From Cyanobacteria bacterium P01_F01_bin.150 (GTDB lineage Bacteria > Cyanobacteriota > Cyanobacteriia > CAKZMO01), in assembly GCA_039189765.1 (NCBI GenBank), contig JBCCYL010000004.1, positions 1 to 64,000 on the forward strand: DNA of 64,000 nucleotides, written 5' to 3'. The notes under the pieces were generated by a model that saw only the letters and a program-made list of their open reading frames with translations, was not told the DNA's origin and made no database searches. Position 1 is the first letter of the stretch, and every line of letters begins with the position of its first letter. A program made the position numbers and the translations under genes. Of this stretch, positions 21,769 through 28,795 are shown piece by piece.

Positions 21769-21860
21769 ATAAATTGCTTTTGGAAGTCAGGTTTTAGTTG
21801 TCTTGTCGGGGCTATCCGACGATTATTTGACCGGCCGCAGAACTTTGGAGGAAATCCACC

Positions 21861-22424
21861 ATGCAATCATCCATATCGTCTCTCAAGCCATTATCATCCC
21901 AGCCAGTTCCTGCTATTTTGCAGAAAAAGGTCGTGGTTTTTTCCTGCACCTATCTGCCCGTGGCACGAATCAACATTAAACGGGCGATCGCCCTGCTCCT
22001 GACTGGTCGAGCCGAATCCCTTGATATGGGCAACGGCAAAGGGTGGAACGTACGGTCTCCAAATTTCGTCCTCCATGTGCCGGAATATATTCGTCTAACC
22101 ACCAGCGATCCAAAACGGAAATGGAAGGTCCCCCCAGTGAACCGACGGGAAGTGTTAAGGCGAGATGCCCACACCTGCCAATACTGCGGCAGTAAGCGAA
22201 AGCTCACCCTTGACCACGTCCTTCCCCGATCTCGGGGTGGTACCCATACCTGGGATAACGTTGTCACTGCTTGTGAGCCGTGTAACTCGTTCAAAAGCGA
22301 TCGCACCCCCAAGGAAGCGGGCATGGTGCTGAAGACAAAAGCGAAAGCTCCCATTCACCCAGCGATCGCCTTTGCTGAGGAATTCTGGAAACACCAAGAC
22401 CAGAGTGCCTTATTTGAAACTTAA
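21861..22424 (+). CDS. HNH endonuclease (McrA-like)
   Basis: RD-HTCQYCG...[27 protein letters not shown]; RBS GGAGG. Confidence 0.95.
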   Translation: [187 protein letters not shown]

Positions 22425-22494
22425 ATCCTGCCTAAGAGATGACCTTGTCGTCTCCTAGGCTCAGAACATTCCCCCATGAGGAGACTGCCAAACC

Positions 22495-22893
22495 ATGTTG
22501 AAGCTCAACTACACCGATCTCGGTTTGCACATGGAACATGTCACTGCGTCTGTAGACGTTATCGTTGCGCAGTATGTACTGGTTGCCATGCGGTTAGGGA
22601 AGTCTATGCACGTAGAGCAGAGTCGTGCCTCGTTTTTGATGCCCGCAGATTCGATCACTCTTACTCAACTACAGGATGTATTACAACACGGTTGTGATAC
22701 ACCATTTGAGGGAGAAGTGGCGATCGCCCCTGTGGACCATGCCTTTGTTGAAATCAGCATGAGCGGCACCTGGATGTCTGAAGCTTTGGATGGAGATGTC
22801 GGTATTTTCCTTACCTCTTTTGATCTTCATACAGAGTATCTTCTCCACCAAATTTGGCAAGAGACTCAGCGTCAAACTAGTCTTTTAAGCTAG
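22495..22893 (+). CDS. alr0857-family cyanobacterial protein
   Basis: MLKLNYT...ASFL-P...GTW...EY-LH-IWQE pattern recalled for this family; directly follows the HNH gene. Confidence 0.7.
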   Translation: MLKLNYTDLGLHMEHVTASVDVIVAQYVLVAMRLGKSMHVEQSRASFLMPADSITLTQLQDVLQHGCDTPFEGEVAIAPVDHAFVEISMSGTWMSEALDGDVGIFLTSFDLHTEYLLHQIWQETQRQTSLLS

Positions 22894-23147
22894 ATAAATC
22901 ATGAGATAGAGAGAAATATAGATTAGCTGGCAGAGCCTATCTCTGCCAGCACTATTGCTGTTGTTTTCAGATGGATGTACAGATAAAAATGTAATTCTTG
23001 TAGGGACACCTCTATATTTATCTAAGGCCAATTGTTTTTCTCTCTCTACTGCTTATATATATTGAGCAGATTCAGGCTAATTTAGAGTGAAATAGAAATA
23101 GGGCAGTTGCCTAAACCCTTTTCAGCAAAGCATTTACGGTACTCTTC

Positions 23148-23220
23148 AAAAAAAAATCAAAAAAAATTGTAGTACCCCCTTGACAACCATGTAATACGAT
23201 ATGTATTATTAATGTAATAC
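23148..23220 (+). promoter_or_regulatory. tRNA-array promoter with four repressor-like boxes
   Basis: A-tract UP element, TTGACA (23180-85), TATTAT (23204-09); TGTAGTAC 23168, TGTAATAC 23190, TGTATTAT 23202, TGTAATAC 23213. Confidence 0.8.
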
Positions 23221-23371
23221 GAAAGCGAGGCAAACAAAACAAGCGACTAAACGCTAAATCGCCCAGCTCGTTCTTTGAAACGCTCGTTATTTAACACTCA
23301 CTTGCTGAAAACTTACTGAAAGCATTTGAGTAAATCCCATAACCGCGTTCAACAGCATTGATGACTCAACT

Positions 23372-23390
23372 GAACCTTGAAAACTGAATA
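23372..23390 (+). promoter_or_regulatory. rrn-type boxA antitermination motif
   Basis: GAACCTTGAAAACTGAATA matches the boxA of cyanobacterial rRNA spacers. Confidence 0.7.
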
Positions 23391-23677
23391 TTTTCCATCC
23401 AATGTTTTGATTGTATTGATGAGAGCCCCTAACGAGTTGTGTTGGCTTCGCCAACTACAACTCCTTCAAAATCAGAGAAACACGAGGTGTCTCCGAGGAG
23501 AGGTGCATGAGTGGGGTGGGCGATCGCGAATTCCTGACGTTGGCGATCGCGCCAGAACACTAGCTATCAACTAGTGTTGCTGCCTACCCATTACCTTTTC
23601 CAAGAAACACCCTGTGTTTCATTCATTCTTGGCGTAGTAGTCGGCACAATCGAATACTACGTCGAGATTTCTTTCCT

Positions 23678-23755
23678 GGGGATGTAGCTCAGCCGGTTTA
23701 GAGCACCTGTCTGTCGAACAGGACGTCGCGGGTTCGAATCCCGTCATCCTCGCCA
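23678..23755 (+). tRNA. trnD: tRNA-Asp(GTC)
   Basis: Canonical cloverleaf, CCTGT-CT GTC GA-ACAGG, encoded CCA. Confidence 0.95.
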
Positions 23756-23816
23756 TTTATGTCCCATAGAAACGTCTGAGATGATGGCATTGCCGTTATC
23801 TCAGGCGAATACTTAT

Positions 23817-23890
23817 AGTCTCGTGGACGAATAGATAAGTCGCTTTGGTTCTCAGCCAGAGAGAAGCGGGTGCAACTCCCGTCGGGACTT
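23817..23890 (+). tRNA. trnE: tRNA-Glu(CTC), atypical
   Basis: Acceptor AGTCTCG/CGGGACT; loop TT CTC AG; T loop TGCAACT; D loop has AG instead of GG. Confidence 0.75.
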
Positions 23891-23893
23891 TAA

Positions 23894-23968
23894 GTCCAGG
23901 TAGCCAAGTGGAAAGGCGTTGGTCTGCAAAACTAAAAATCATGGGTTCGATTCCCATCCTGGACTCCA
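23894..23968 (+). tRNA. trnC: tRNA-Cys(GCA)
   Basis: GTCCAGG/CCTGGAC, U73, CT GCA AA, CCA. Confidence 0.93.
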
Positions 23969-24030
23969 AATTTTCAACTCTCAGATCCCAGGGTTCTCAA
24001 AGAACCCTGGGATCTCAAACCACAATCTGA

Positions 24031-24105
24031 CGGAGTGTAGCTCAACGGTAGAGCACTAGGCTCATAACCTAGCACGTGCGGGTTCGACTCCCGCCACTCC
24101 CACCA
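24031..24105 (+). tRNA. trnM: tRNA-Met(CAT) with C1:C72 mismatch
   Basis: CTAGG-CT CAT AA-CCTAG; CCA; the 1:72 mismatch is initiator-like but the three G-C anticodon-stem pairs are incomplete. Confidence 0.88.
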
Positions 24106-24152
24106 ACTGTGATGACATACGAAGTCTGTACTCATATGTTTGCAGTTTGTTT

Positions 24153-24226
24153 GGGCGGGTAGCTCAACTGGCTAGAGCAGCGGTCTCCAAAACCGCAGGT
24201 TGCAGGTTCGACCCCTGTCCCGCTCG
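24153..24226 (+). tRNA. trnW: tRNA-Trp(CCA)
   Basis: GCGGT-CT CCA AA-ACCGC; G73. Confidence 0.92.
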
Positions 24227-24301
24227 TGAGACACAGCAAGTCTCTCCCTTAAGACAGTGGTGGATGTCCTCCACATCCACCGCTTTACTTCTCAAAACCT
24301 T

Positions 24302-24379
24302 GGTGCCGTAGGCAAATTTGGTAAAGCCACATGACTTTCAATCATGTGTTTGCGGGTTCGAGTCCCGTCGGCACTTCCA
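24302..24379 (+). tRNA. trnE: tRNA-Glu(TTC)
   Basis: CATGA-CT TTC AA-TCATG; CCA. Confidence 0.9.
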
Positions 24380-24423
24380 GTTTTTCACCCCCTCTAACTC
24401 CCCCTTGGCAAGGGGGAGGACCT

Positions 24424-24506
24424 GGGTCGGCCCGCCTATTGGAGTGAGGCAACGGTCTGTAAAGCCGCCGCGTAACGCGTTGCAGGTTCAACCCCTGCCC
24501 GACCCA
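24424..24506 (+). tRNA. trnY: tRNA-Tyr(GTA)
   Basis: GGGTCGG/CCGACCC, CT GTA AA, variable arm CGCG-TAA-CGCG; C at position 8. Confidence 0.85.
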
Positions 24507-24596
24507 TAGCCCCGCGATCGCCACAGGATCCCCGGCTTTTCTCTCTCAATCCGGGGATCTACCGCTCAAGCGATATTTCGATTATTTCAACGACCT

Positions 24597-24687
24597 GGAG
24601 AGGTCGCCATTGGCAAAGCAAGCTGCCTGCTAAGCAGTCGTGGGTCTAAACGGTCCACTGTGGGTTCGACTCCCACCCTCTCCGCCA
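24597..24687 (+). tRNA. trnS: tRNA-Ser(GCT), aberrant D arm
   Basis: GGAGAGG/CCTCTCC G CCA, GCTGC-CT GCT AA-GCAGT, long variable arm, poorly paired D arm. Confidence 0.85.
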
Positions 24688-24732
24688 GAATCTTAGTTTT
24701 TTGGGGCGATCGCATAAGCAGTCCAATAGTCT

Positions 24733-24809
24733 GAGGGCGTGGTGTAAATGGATAACACGCCAGGTTGCGAACCTGGAGAGTAGGGGTTCAAGTCCCTTCG
24801 TCCTCGCCA
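24733..24809 (+). tRNA. trnR: tRNA-Arg(GCG)
   Basis: CCAGG-TT GCG AA-CCTGG; GAGGGCG/CGTCCTC G CCA. Confidence 0.88.
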
Positions 24810-24838
24810 AATACATAACATTTCTGTAAGTCATTCAT

Positions 24839-24923
24839 GGAGGTTGTCCGGCATGGACGAGGAAAGCGTCTTGAAAACGCCTGCGGCTACAAACCGTCAA
24901 GGGTTCGATTCCCTTAGCCTCCG
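24839..24923 (+). tRNA. trnS: tRNA-Ser(TGA)
   Basis: GGAGGTT/AGCCTCC G, CT TGA AA, long variable arm. Confidence 0.85.
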
Positions 24924-24972
24924 CTTTTCCCATGTAGGGTGGGCATCGCCCACCACCACCATATCCAAATCT

Positions 24973-25044
24973 GGGGACGTAGCTGAGATGGATTAGCGTC
25001 AGGTTGAAGCCCTGAAGAGGTAGGTTCAATACCTACCGTTCCCA
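24973..25044 (+). tRNA. trnF: tRNA-Phe(GAA)
   Basis: TCAGG-TT GAA GC-CCTGA; GGGGACG/CGTTCCC A. Confidence 0.88.
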
Positions 25045-25106
25045 TCCTCTGTATTGGTTAAGCATTATTGCTTAAGAACAGAGGGTTAACCAATACGGAG
25101 CATTAA

Positions 25107-25182
25107 TGCCTCATAGCTCAACTGGCAGAGCGAGCGGCTGTTAACCGCGAGGTTGTAGGTTCGAGTCCTACTGGGGCAGCCA
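25107..25182 (+). tRNA. trnN: tRNA-Asn(GTT)
   Basis: CT GTT AA loop, TGCCTCA/TGGGGCA G CCA. Confidence 0.92.
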
Positions 25183-25274
25183 ATTTTACCCCCTCAATCC
25201 TAATCCGATTCCCTCCCCTTGCTTTTGGCATTAGCCTGCCCGGAGGGCATAGGGGAAGGCCAGGGTGGGGTCAT

Positions 25275-25350
25275 TGCCGAGTGGACGAATTAGCAAGTCG
25301 CCTGACTCTGAATCAGGAGGTTGTAGGTGCGAATCCTACCTCGGCATCCA
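25275..25350 (+). tRNA. trnQ: tRNA-Gln(CTG) copy 1
   Basis: CCTGA-CT CTG AA-TCAGG; T loop TGCGAAT; CCA. Confidence 0.88.
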
Positions 25351-25363
25351 ACAATTAAGTTAA

Positions 25364-25436
25364 TCCCCTGTGGTGTAACTGGTAACACGTCCGATTTTGG
25401 CTCGGAAGAGTCTAGGTTCGAGACCTAGCGGGGGAG
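25364..25436 (+). tRNA. trnQ: tRNA-Gln(TTG)
   Basis: TCCGA-TT TTG GC-TCGGA; U1-A72, G73. Confidence 0.88.
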
Positions 25437-25484
25437 TTGGGGAAATTTGATTATGCCTGGGTCAATCACGTTTCTCCTTTTCAT

Positions 25485-25562
25485 GCTCCTGTAGCCCAAC
25501 TGGCAGAGGCGGCTGTCTTAGAAGCAGTCCATGTGTGGGTTCAAATCCCACCAGGAGTACCA
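25485..25562 (+). tRNA. trnL: tRNA-Leu(TAG), short variable region
   Basis: CT TAG AA loop; A73 CCA; no long variable arm. Confidence 0.88.
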
Positions 25563-25615
25563 AATTTGCGTCCGGGTCCCTCCCTTTAGCAAGGAGAGGG
25601 CTAGGATGAGGTCAT

Positions 25616-25691
25616 TGCCGAGTGGACGAATTAGCAAGTCGCCTGACTCTGAATCAGGAGGTTGTAGGTGCAAATCCTACCTCGGCATCCA
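25616..25691 (+). tRNA. trnQ: tRNA-Gln(CTG) copy 2
   Basis: One substitution relative to 25275-25350. Confidence 0.88.
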
Positions 25692-25751
25692 AACATTTCC
25701 TGAGGTTATCCGATCACTTTGCGCTCAGATCTCCTCCAAAAAAGATTTCAT

Positions 25752-25822
25752 TGCCTTCTGGTGTAATGGCAGCATCTTGCACTTTGAATGCGATGGTCCA
25801 GGTTCAAGTCCTGGGAGGGCAG
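25752..25822 (+). tRNA. trnQ: tRNA-Gln(TTG), second and distinct gene
   Basis: TTGCA-CT TTG AA-TGCGA; TGCCTTC/GAGGGCA G. Confidence 0.85.
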
Positions 25823-25880
25823 TCGGGGGGAGCAGGATATAGCCTGGGTCAAATTTATCCTTAACCTCCTGTTTTTTCAT

Positions 25881-25958
25881 ACTCCTGTAGCCCAATTGGC
25901 AGAGGCGGCTGTCTCAGAAGCAGTCCACGTGTGGGTTCAAATCCCACCAGGAGTACCA
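25881..25958 (+). tRNA. trnL: tRNA-Leu(CAG), short variable region
   Basis: CT CAG AA; near-identical to Leu(TAG); CCA. Confidence 0.88.
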
Positions 25959-25967
25959 ATTTTTTAA

Positions 25968-26045
25968 GCTCCTGTAGCCCAACTGGTAGAGGCAACTGTC
26001 TTAAAAACAGTTCATGTGTGGGTTCGAATCCCATCAGGAGTACCA
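25968..26045 (+). tRNA. trnL: tRNA-Leu(TAA), short variable region, intronless
   Basis: ACTGT-CT TAA AA-ACAGT; CCA. Confidence 0.88.
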
Positions 26046-26050
26046 TCTAT

Positions 26051-26125
<75 letters not shown>

Positions 26126-26129
26126 CTTT

Positions 26130-26207
26130 GCTCCTGTAGCCCAATTGGCAGAGGCGGCTGTCTCAAAAACAGTCTATGTGTGGGTTCAAATCCCACCAGG
26201 AGTACCA
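26130..26207 (+). tRNA. trnL: tRNA-Leu(CAA), short variable region
   Basis: CT CAA AA; CCA. Confidence 0.88.
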
Positions 26208-26211
26208 GCAC

Positions 26212-26287
26212 ACTCCCGTGGCGGAACGGCAGACGCACCAGACCGAGGATCTGGGTTTTGTGGGTTCGAATCCCACCGGGAGTACCA
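26212..26287 (+). tRNA. trnL: tRNA-Leu(GAG), short variable region, C33
   Basis: CCAGA-CC GAG GA-TCTGG; ACTCCCG/CGGGAGT A CCA. Confidence 0.85.
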
Positions 26288-26289
26288 AT

Positions 26290-26365
26290 GGGTCGCTAGC
26301 TCAATTGGCAGAGCATCCGGCTTTTAACCGGAGGGTTCAGGGTTCGATGCCCTGGCGACCCACCA
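26290..26365 (+). tRNA. trnK: tRNA-Lys(TTT)
   Basis: Canonical GGGTCGC..., CT TTT AA, CCA. Confidence 0.95.
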
Positions 26366-26369
26366 AATC

Positions 26370-26470
26370 GATTTTAGATTGATGATTTTAGATTTTGGAT
26401 TAGCACGTTCGTGCAACCTCCCAACGGGAATCACCCATCTTCCAAAATCCAAAATCTAAAATCCAAAATT
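26370..26470. repeat. inverted heptamer tandem repeats (STRR-like, GATTTT(A/G) / (T/C)AAAATC)
   Basis: GATTTTAGATT...GATTTTAGATTTTGGATT facing CCAAAATCCAAAATCTAAAATCCAAAAT, forming a long hairpin. Confidence 0.75.
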
Positions 26471-26475
26471 CAATC

Positions 26476-26547
26476 GGGCTGTTAGCTAAGTGGTAAAGCA
26501 GCCGCCTCTTAAGCGGAAGAGCATGGGTTCAACTCCCATACAGCCCA
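26476..26547 (+). tRNA. trnK: tRNA-Lys(CTT)
   Basis: GGGCTGT/ACAGCCC A; CT CTT AA. Confidence 0.9.
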
Positions 26548-26548
26548 T

Positions 26549-26627
26549 TGCGGGGATGGAGCAACAGTTTGGCTCGACGGTCTCATAAGCCGTAAATCGG
26601 TGAGTGCAATTCTCACCCCCGCGTCCA
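26549..26627 (+). tRNA. tRNA-(f)Met(CAT)-like, atypical
   Basis: TGCGGGG/CCCCGCG, ACGGT-CT CAT AA-GCCGT, T loop TGCAATT, extra nucleotide before the D stem, CCA. Confidence 0.7.
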
Positions 26628-26630
26628 ACT

Positions 26631-26704
26631 GCGAATGTGATGTAACGGTAGCATGTGAGGCTTCCAACCTCTTCGTGCAGGTTCAAATCCTGTCATTCGC
26701 TCCA
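26631..26704 (+). tRNA. trnG: tRNA-Gly(TCC)
   Basis: GCGAATG/CATTCGC T CCA; CT TCC AA. Confidence 0.9.
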
Positions 26705-26708
26705 AATT

Positions 26709-26783
<75 letters not shown>

Positions 26784-26785
26784 GC

Positions 26786-26857
26786 GCGGATGTGGTGTAA
26801 GTGGAAACATCAAAGACTGCCAAGCTTTAGTTGCGAGTTCGACCCTCGTCATCCGCT
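26786..26857 (+). tRNA. trnG: tRNA-Gly(GCC)
   Basis: GCGGATG/CATCCGC T; CT GCC AA. Confidence 0.88.
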
Positions 26858-26953
26858 TTGTTAGCTTTAGAAGCTAGTATCCTAGCCAAGACGCCAGATG
26901 CAATGCAAATTCCGCCTTCTGCCTTTTGCTTTCTACCCTCTGCCTTGCTTCAA

Positions 26954-27054
26954 AGTCCCGTAGCTCAACGGTGGAGCACTTGTCTTACAAACAAGGGGTT
27001 GTGGGTATTCCCTATCGGGAACGCTTGCGCGAACAAATCCCACCGGGACCACCA
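26954..27054 (+). tRNA. trnV: tRNA-Val(TAC) interrupted by a 26-nt T-loop insertion (27008-27033)
   Basis: CTTGT-CT TAC AA-ACAAG; T stem GTGGG/CCCAC encloses the insert; A1:C72 mismatch; CCA. Confidence 0.8.
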
Positions 27055-27057
27055 TTT

Positions 27058-27134
27058 GGGAGTGTAGCTCAATGGACTAGAGCACCGATCTTCTAAATCG
27101 GCTGTTGTAGGTTCGAATCCTACCACTCCTGCCA
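27058..27134 (+). tRNA. trnR: tRNA-Arg(TCT)
   Basis: CCGAT-CT TCT AA-ATCGG; CCA. Confidence 0.93.
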
Positions 27135-27160
27135 TCTCGCACAAAACATATAGCCAACAT

Positions 27161-27234
27161 GGGCCTGTAGCTTAACTGGGAAAGCGTCTGTCTTGCAAAC
27201 AGAAAGATGTCGGTTCGATTCCGACCAGTGTCCA
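27161..27234 (+). tRNA. trnA: tRNA-Ala(TGC), bulged acceptor stem
   Basis: TCTGT-CT TGC AA-ACAGA; G3-U70; one extra nucleotide in the 3' acceptor strand. Confidence 0.78.
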
Positions 27235-27293
27235 CTTGCCGGAGGGGCGATCGCACCCCACCCAATCGCCCTCTGGCTCTTCATCATACTTGT

Positions 27294-27392
27294 GGGAGTG
27301 TCGCCTAATGGATTGGGCACCAGTCTTCGAAACTGGTCTGTGTGGGTAACTCCTAACGGAGACGCTTGCGCGAACGATTCCTACCACTCCTG
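27294..27392 (+). tRNA. trnR: tRNA-Arg(TCG) interrupted by a 26-nt T-loop insertion (27349-27374)
   Basis: CCAGT-CT TCG AA-ACTGG; T stem GTGGG/CCTAC encloses the insert. Confidence 0.8.
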
Positions 27393-27400
27393 TCAAATTC

Positions 27401-27472
27401 GGGACCATAGCTCAACTGGAAGAGCACCTGCCTTGCAAGCGGGAGGTAGGGGTTCGATTCCCCTTGGCTCCA
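27401..27472 (+). tRNA. trnA: tRNA-Ala(TGC), second gene
   Basis: CT TGC AA; G3-U70, A73; A4:C69 mismatch. Confidence 0.87.
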
Positions 27473-27474
27473 CT

Positions 27475-27551
27475 GTGACGGAAACCGAAGTGTTCGAGGT
27501 GCTGGTCTGTGAAACCAGTTTTAGCGAGTTAGAGTCTCGTCCGTCACCCCA
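27475..27551 (+). tRNA. trnH: tRNA-His(GTG), atypical, no encoded G-1
   Basis: GTGACGG/CCGTCAC C CCA; CTGGT-CT GTG AA-ACCAG; T loop TTAGAGT. Confidence 0.72.
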
Positions 27552-27571
27552 AGTTCTCTCACTCCATATAT

Positions 27572-27680
27572 GGAAGGTGCCGCCAATGGTTGGCAATCGG
27601 TCTCGAAATCCGAGGGATAGCATCGCTATCGGGGTTTCTCCTATCAGAGACGCTTACGCGAACAATTCCTCCACCTTCCG
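27572..27680 (+). tRNA. trnS: tRNA-Ser(CGA) interrupted by a 26-nt T-loop insertion (27637-27662)
   Basis: GGAAGGT/ACCTTCC G; CT CGA AA; long variable arm GATAGC-ATC-GCTATC. Confidence 0.78.
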
Positions 27681-27692
27681 CTCCAAAAACAT

Positions 27693-27770
27693 GTTGGCCG
27701 AATCCAAAGTGGACGCGGAACTGGTTTGTGACACCAGTTGTAGCGGGTTCAAGTCCCGTCGGTCAACCCA
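27693..27770 (+). tRNA. trnH: tRNA-His(GTG) with G-1:C73
   Basis: G-TTGGCCG/CGGTCAA-C CCA; CTGGT-TT GTG AC-ACCAG. Confidence 0.82.
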
Positions 27771-27775
27771 TTTCT

Positions 27776-27889
27776 GGAAGGTGCCGCTAATGGTTGGCAA
27801 TCGGTTTGGAACACCGAGGGATGGCATGCTGCTATCGAGGTTTCTCCTATCGGAGACGCTGACGCGAACGATTCCTCCTCCTTCCGCCA
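27776..27889 (+). tRNA. trnS: tRNA-Ser(GGA) interrupted by a 26-nt T-loop insertion (27843-27868)
   Basis: TCGGT-TT GGA AC-ACCGA; long variable arm; G73 CCA. Confidence 0.78.
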
Positions 27890-28184
27890 GTATTAATTGC
27901 ATTACCAACATTCTTCCAAAACTATGAATACCTCAGCCCCAGGCACGAAGCAAGACAATGCCACTCGACTAAACCAACCGATGTTTAGCAAGCAAGCTGC
28001 CCGAAATTATAGAGTGCTATTGCCAGCACTACCTCGATATTTTGGTCGTCTTCTTCAAAATGATGATCCCATTAACCCAGTTTCTGAAAAAGACTATTAC
28101 ATGGTTCGTCGATTCATGTAATACCCGTACATTGGCTAGCTTTGTTTAGCGATCGCCCCATCATAAATAAAGCTAGTCATTCAT

Positions 28185-28256
28185 CCACCAGAGGCCGAAA
28201 AGCGAGGCACCGTGCTGATAACGCGGCGATAGCAGGGGCAGTACCTGCCTGGTGGA
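28185..28256 (+). tRNA. trnI: tRNA-Ile(GAT), highly divergent
   Basis: CCACCAG/CTGGTGG A; GCC..GGC D stem; CCGTG-CT GAT AA-CGCGG; T arm GCAGG-GGCAGTA-CCTGC. Confidence 0.68.
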
Positions 28257-28329
28257 CTTTGGAGATTTGGTCGTGTTGAAACTATAACGGACAAATAACG
28301 ATCGCCCATTAGTTTATTGGAGGACACCC

Positions 28330-28782
28330 ATGACCATTTACTTTTATAGCAACCGTGAAAAGCCCTATGGATGCTTTTCAAACTTTTCAAGTCATGGATT
28401 TGAATTAGATGGTCAGTGGTGGCCAACAAGTGAGCACTATTTTCAAGCCCAGAAGTTTATTGAAACGGCACCGTATTGGGCCAAGAAAATCCAAGAGGCT
28501 AAAGCTCCTAAAATTGCTGCCACGATGGGGCGCGATCGCCGCTACCCTCTCCGCACTGATTGGGAAGACGTAAAGGACGACATTATGAGTAATGCCGTTC
28601 TTCAAAAATTCACTACCCATGAGGATATTCGCTCCATCCTCTTATCCACCAGAGATAAGCACATAGTCGAAAATGCGCCCGGAGACTACTACTGGGGCTG
28701 TGGTAAAGACGGCAGCGGCAAAAACAAGCTGGGCCAGATTTTAGTGGCCGTTCGTGCCCAGCTTAGAGAACAATCACCGTAA
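28330..28782 (+). CDS. NADAR (YbiA-like) family protein
   Basis: YGCFSNFS, WPTSEHYFQAQKF, R-DWE-VKDDIM, DYYWGCG-DGSGKNKLG; RBS GGAGG. Confidence 0.95.
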   Translation: MTIYFYSNREKPYGCFSNFSSHGFELDGQWWPTSEHYFQAQKFIETAPYWAKKIQEAKAPKIAATMGRDRRYPLRTDWEDVKDDIMSNAVLQKFTTHEDIRSILLSTRDKHIVENAPGDYYWGCGKDGSGKNKLGQILVAVRAQLREQSP

Positions 28783-28795
28783 TTCTAAATACGCC

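Noticed and set aside
21861..22424. IscB/HEARO or Cas9-like RNA-guided nuclease
   Set aside because: The protein is only 187 aa, with no PLMP or RuvC motifs and no transposon ends; it is a stand-alone HNH protein.
24597..24923. Selenocysteine or suppressor tRNA
   Set aside because: The anticodons read GCT and TGA (Ser, decoding UCA), not TCA or CTA, and the acceptor stems are 7 bp.
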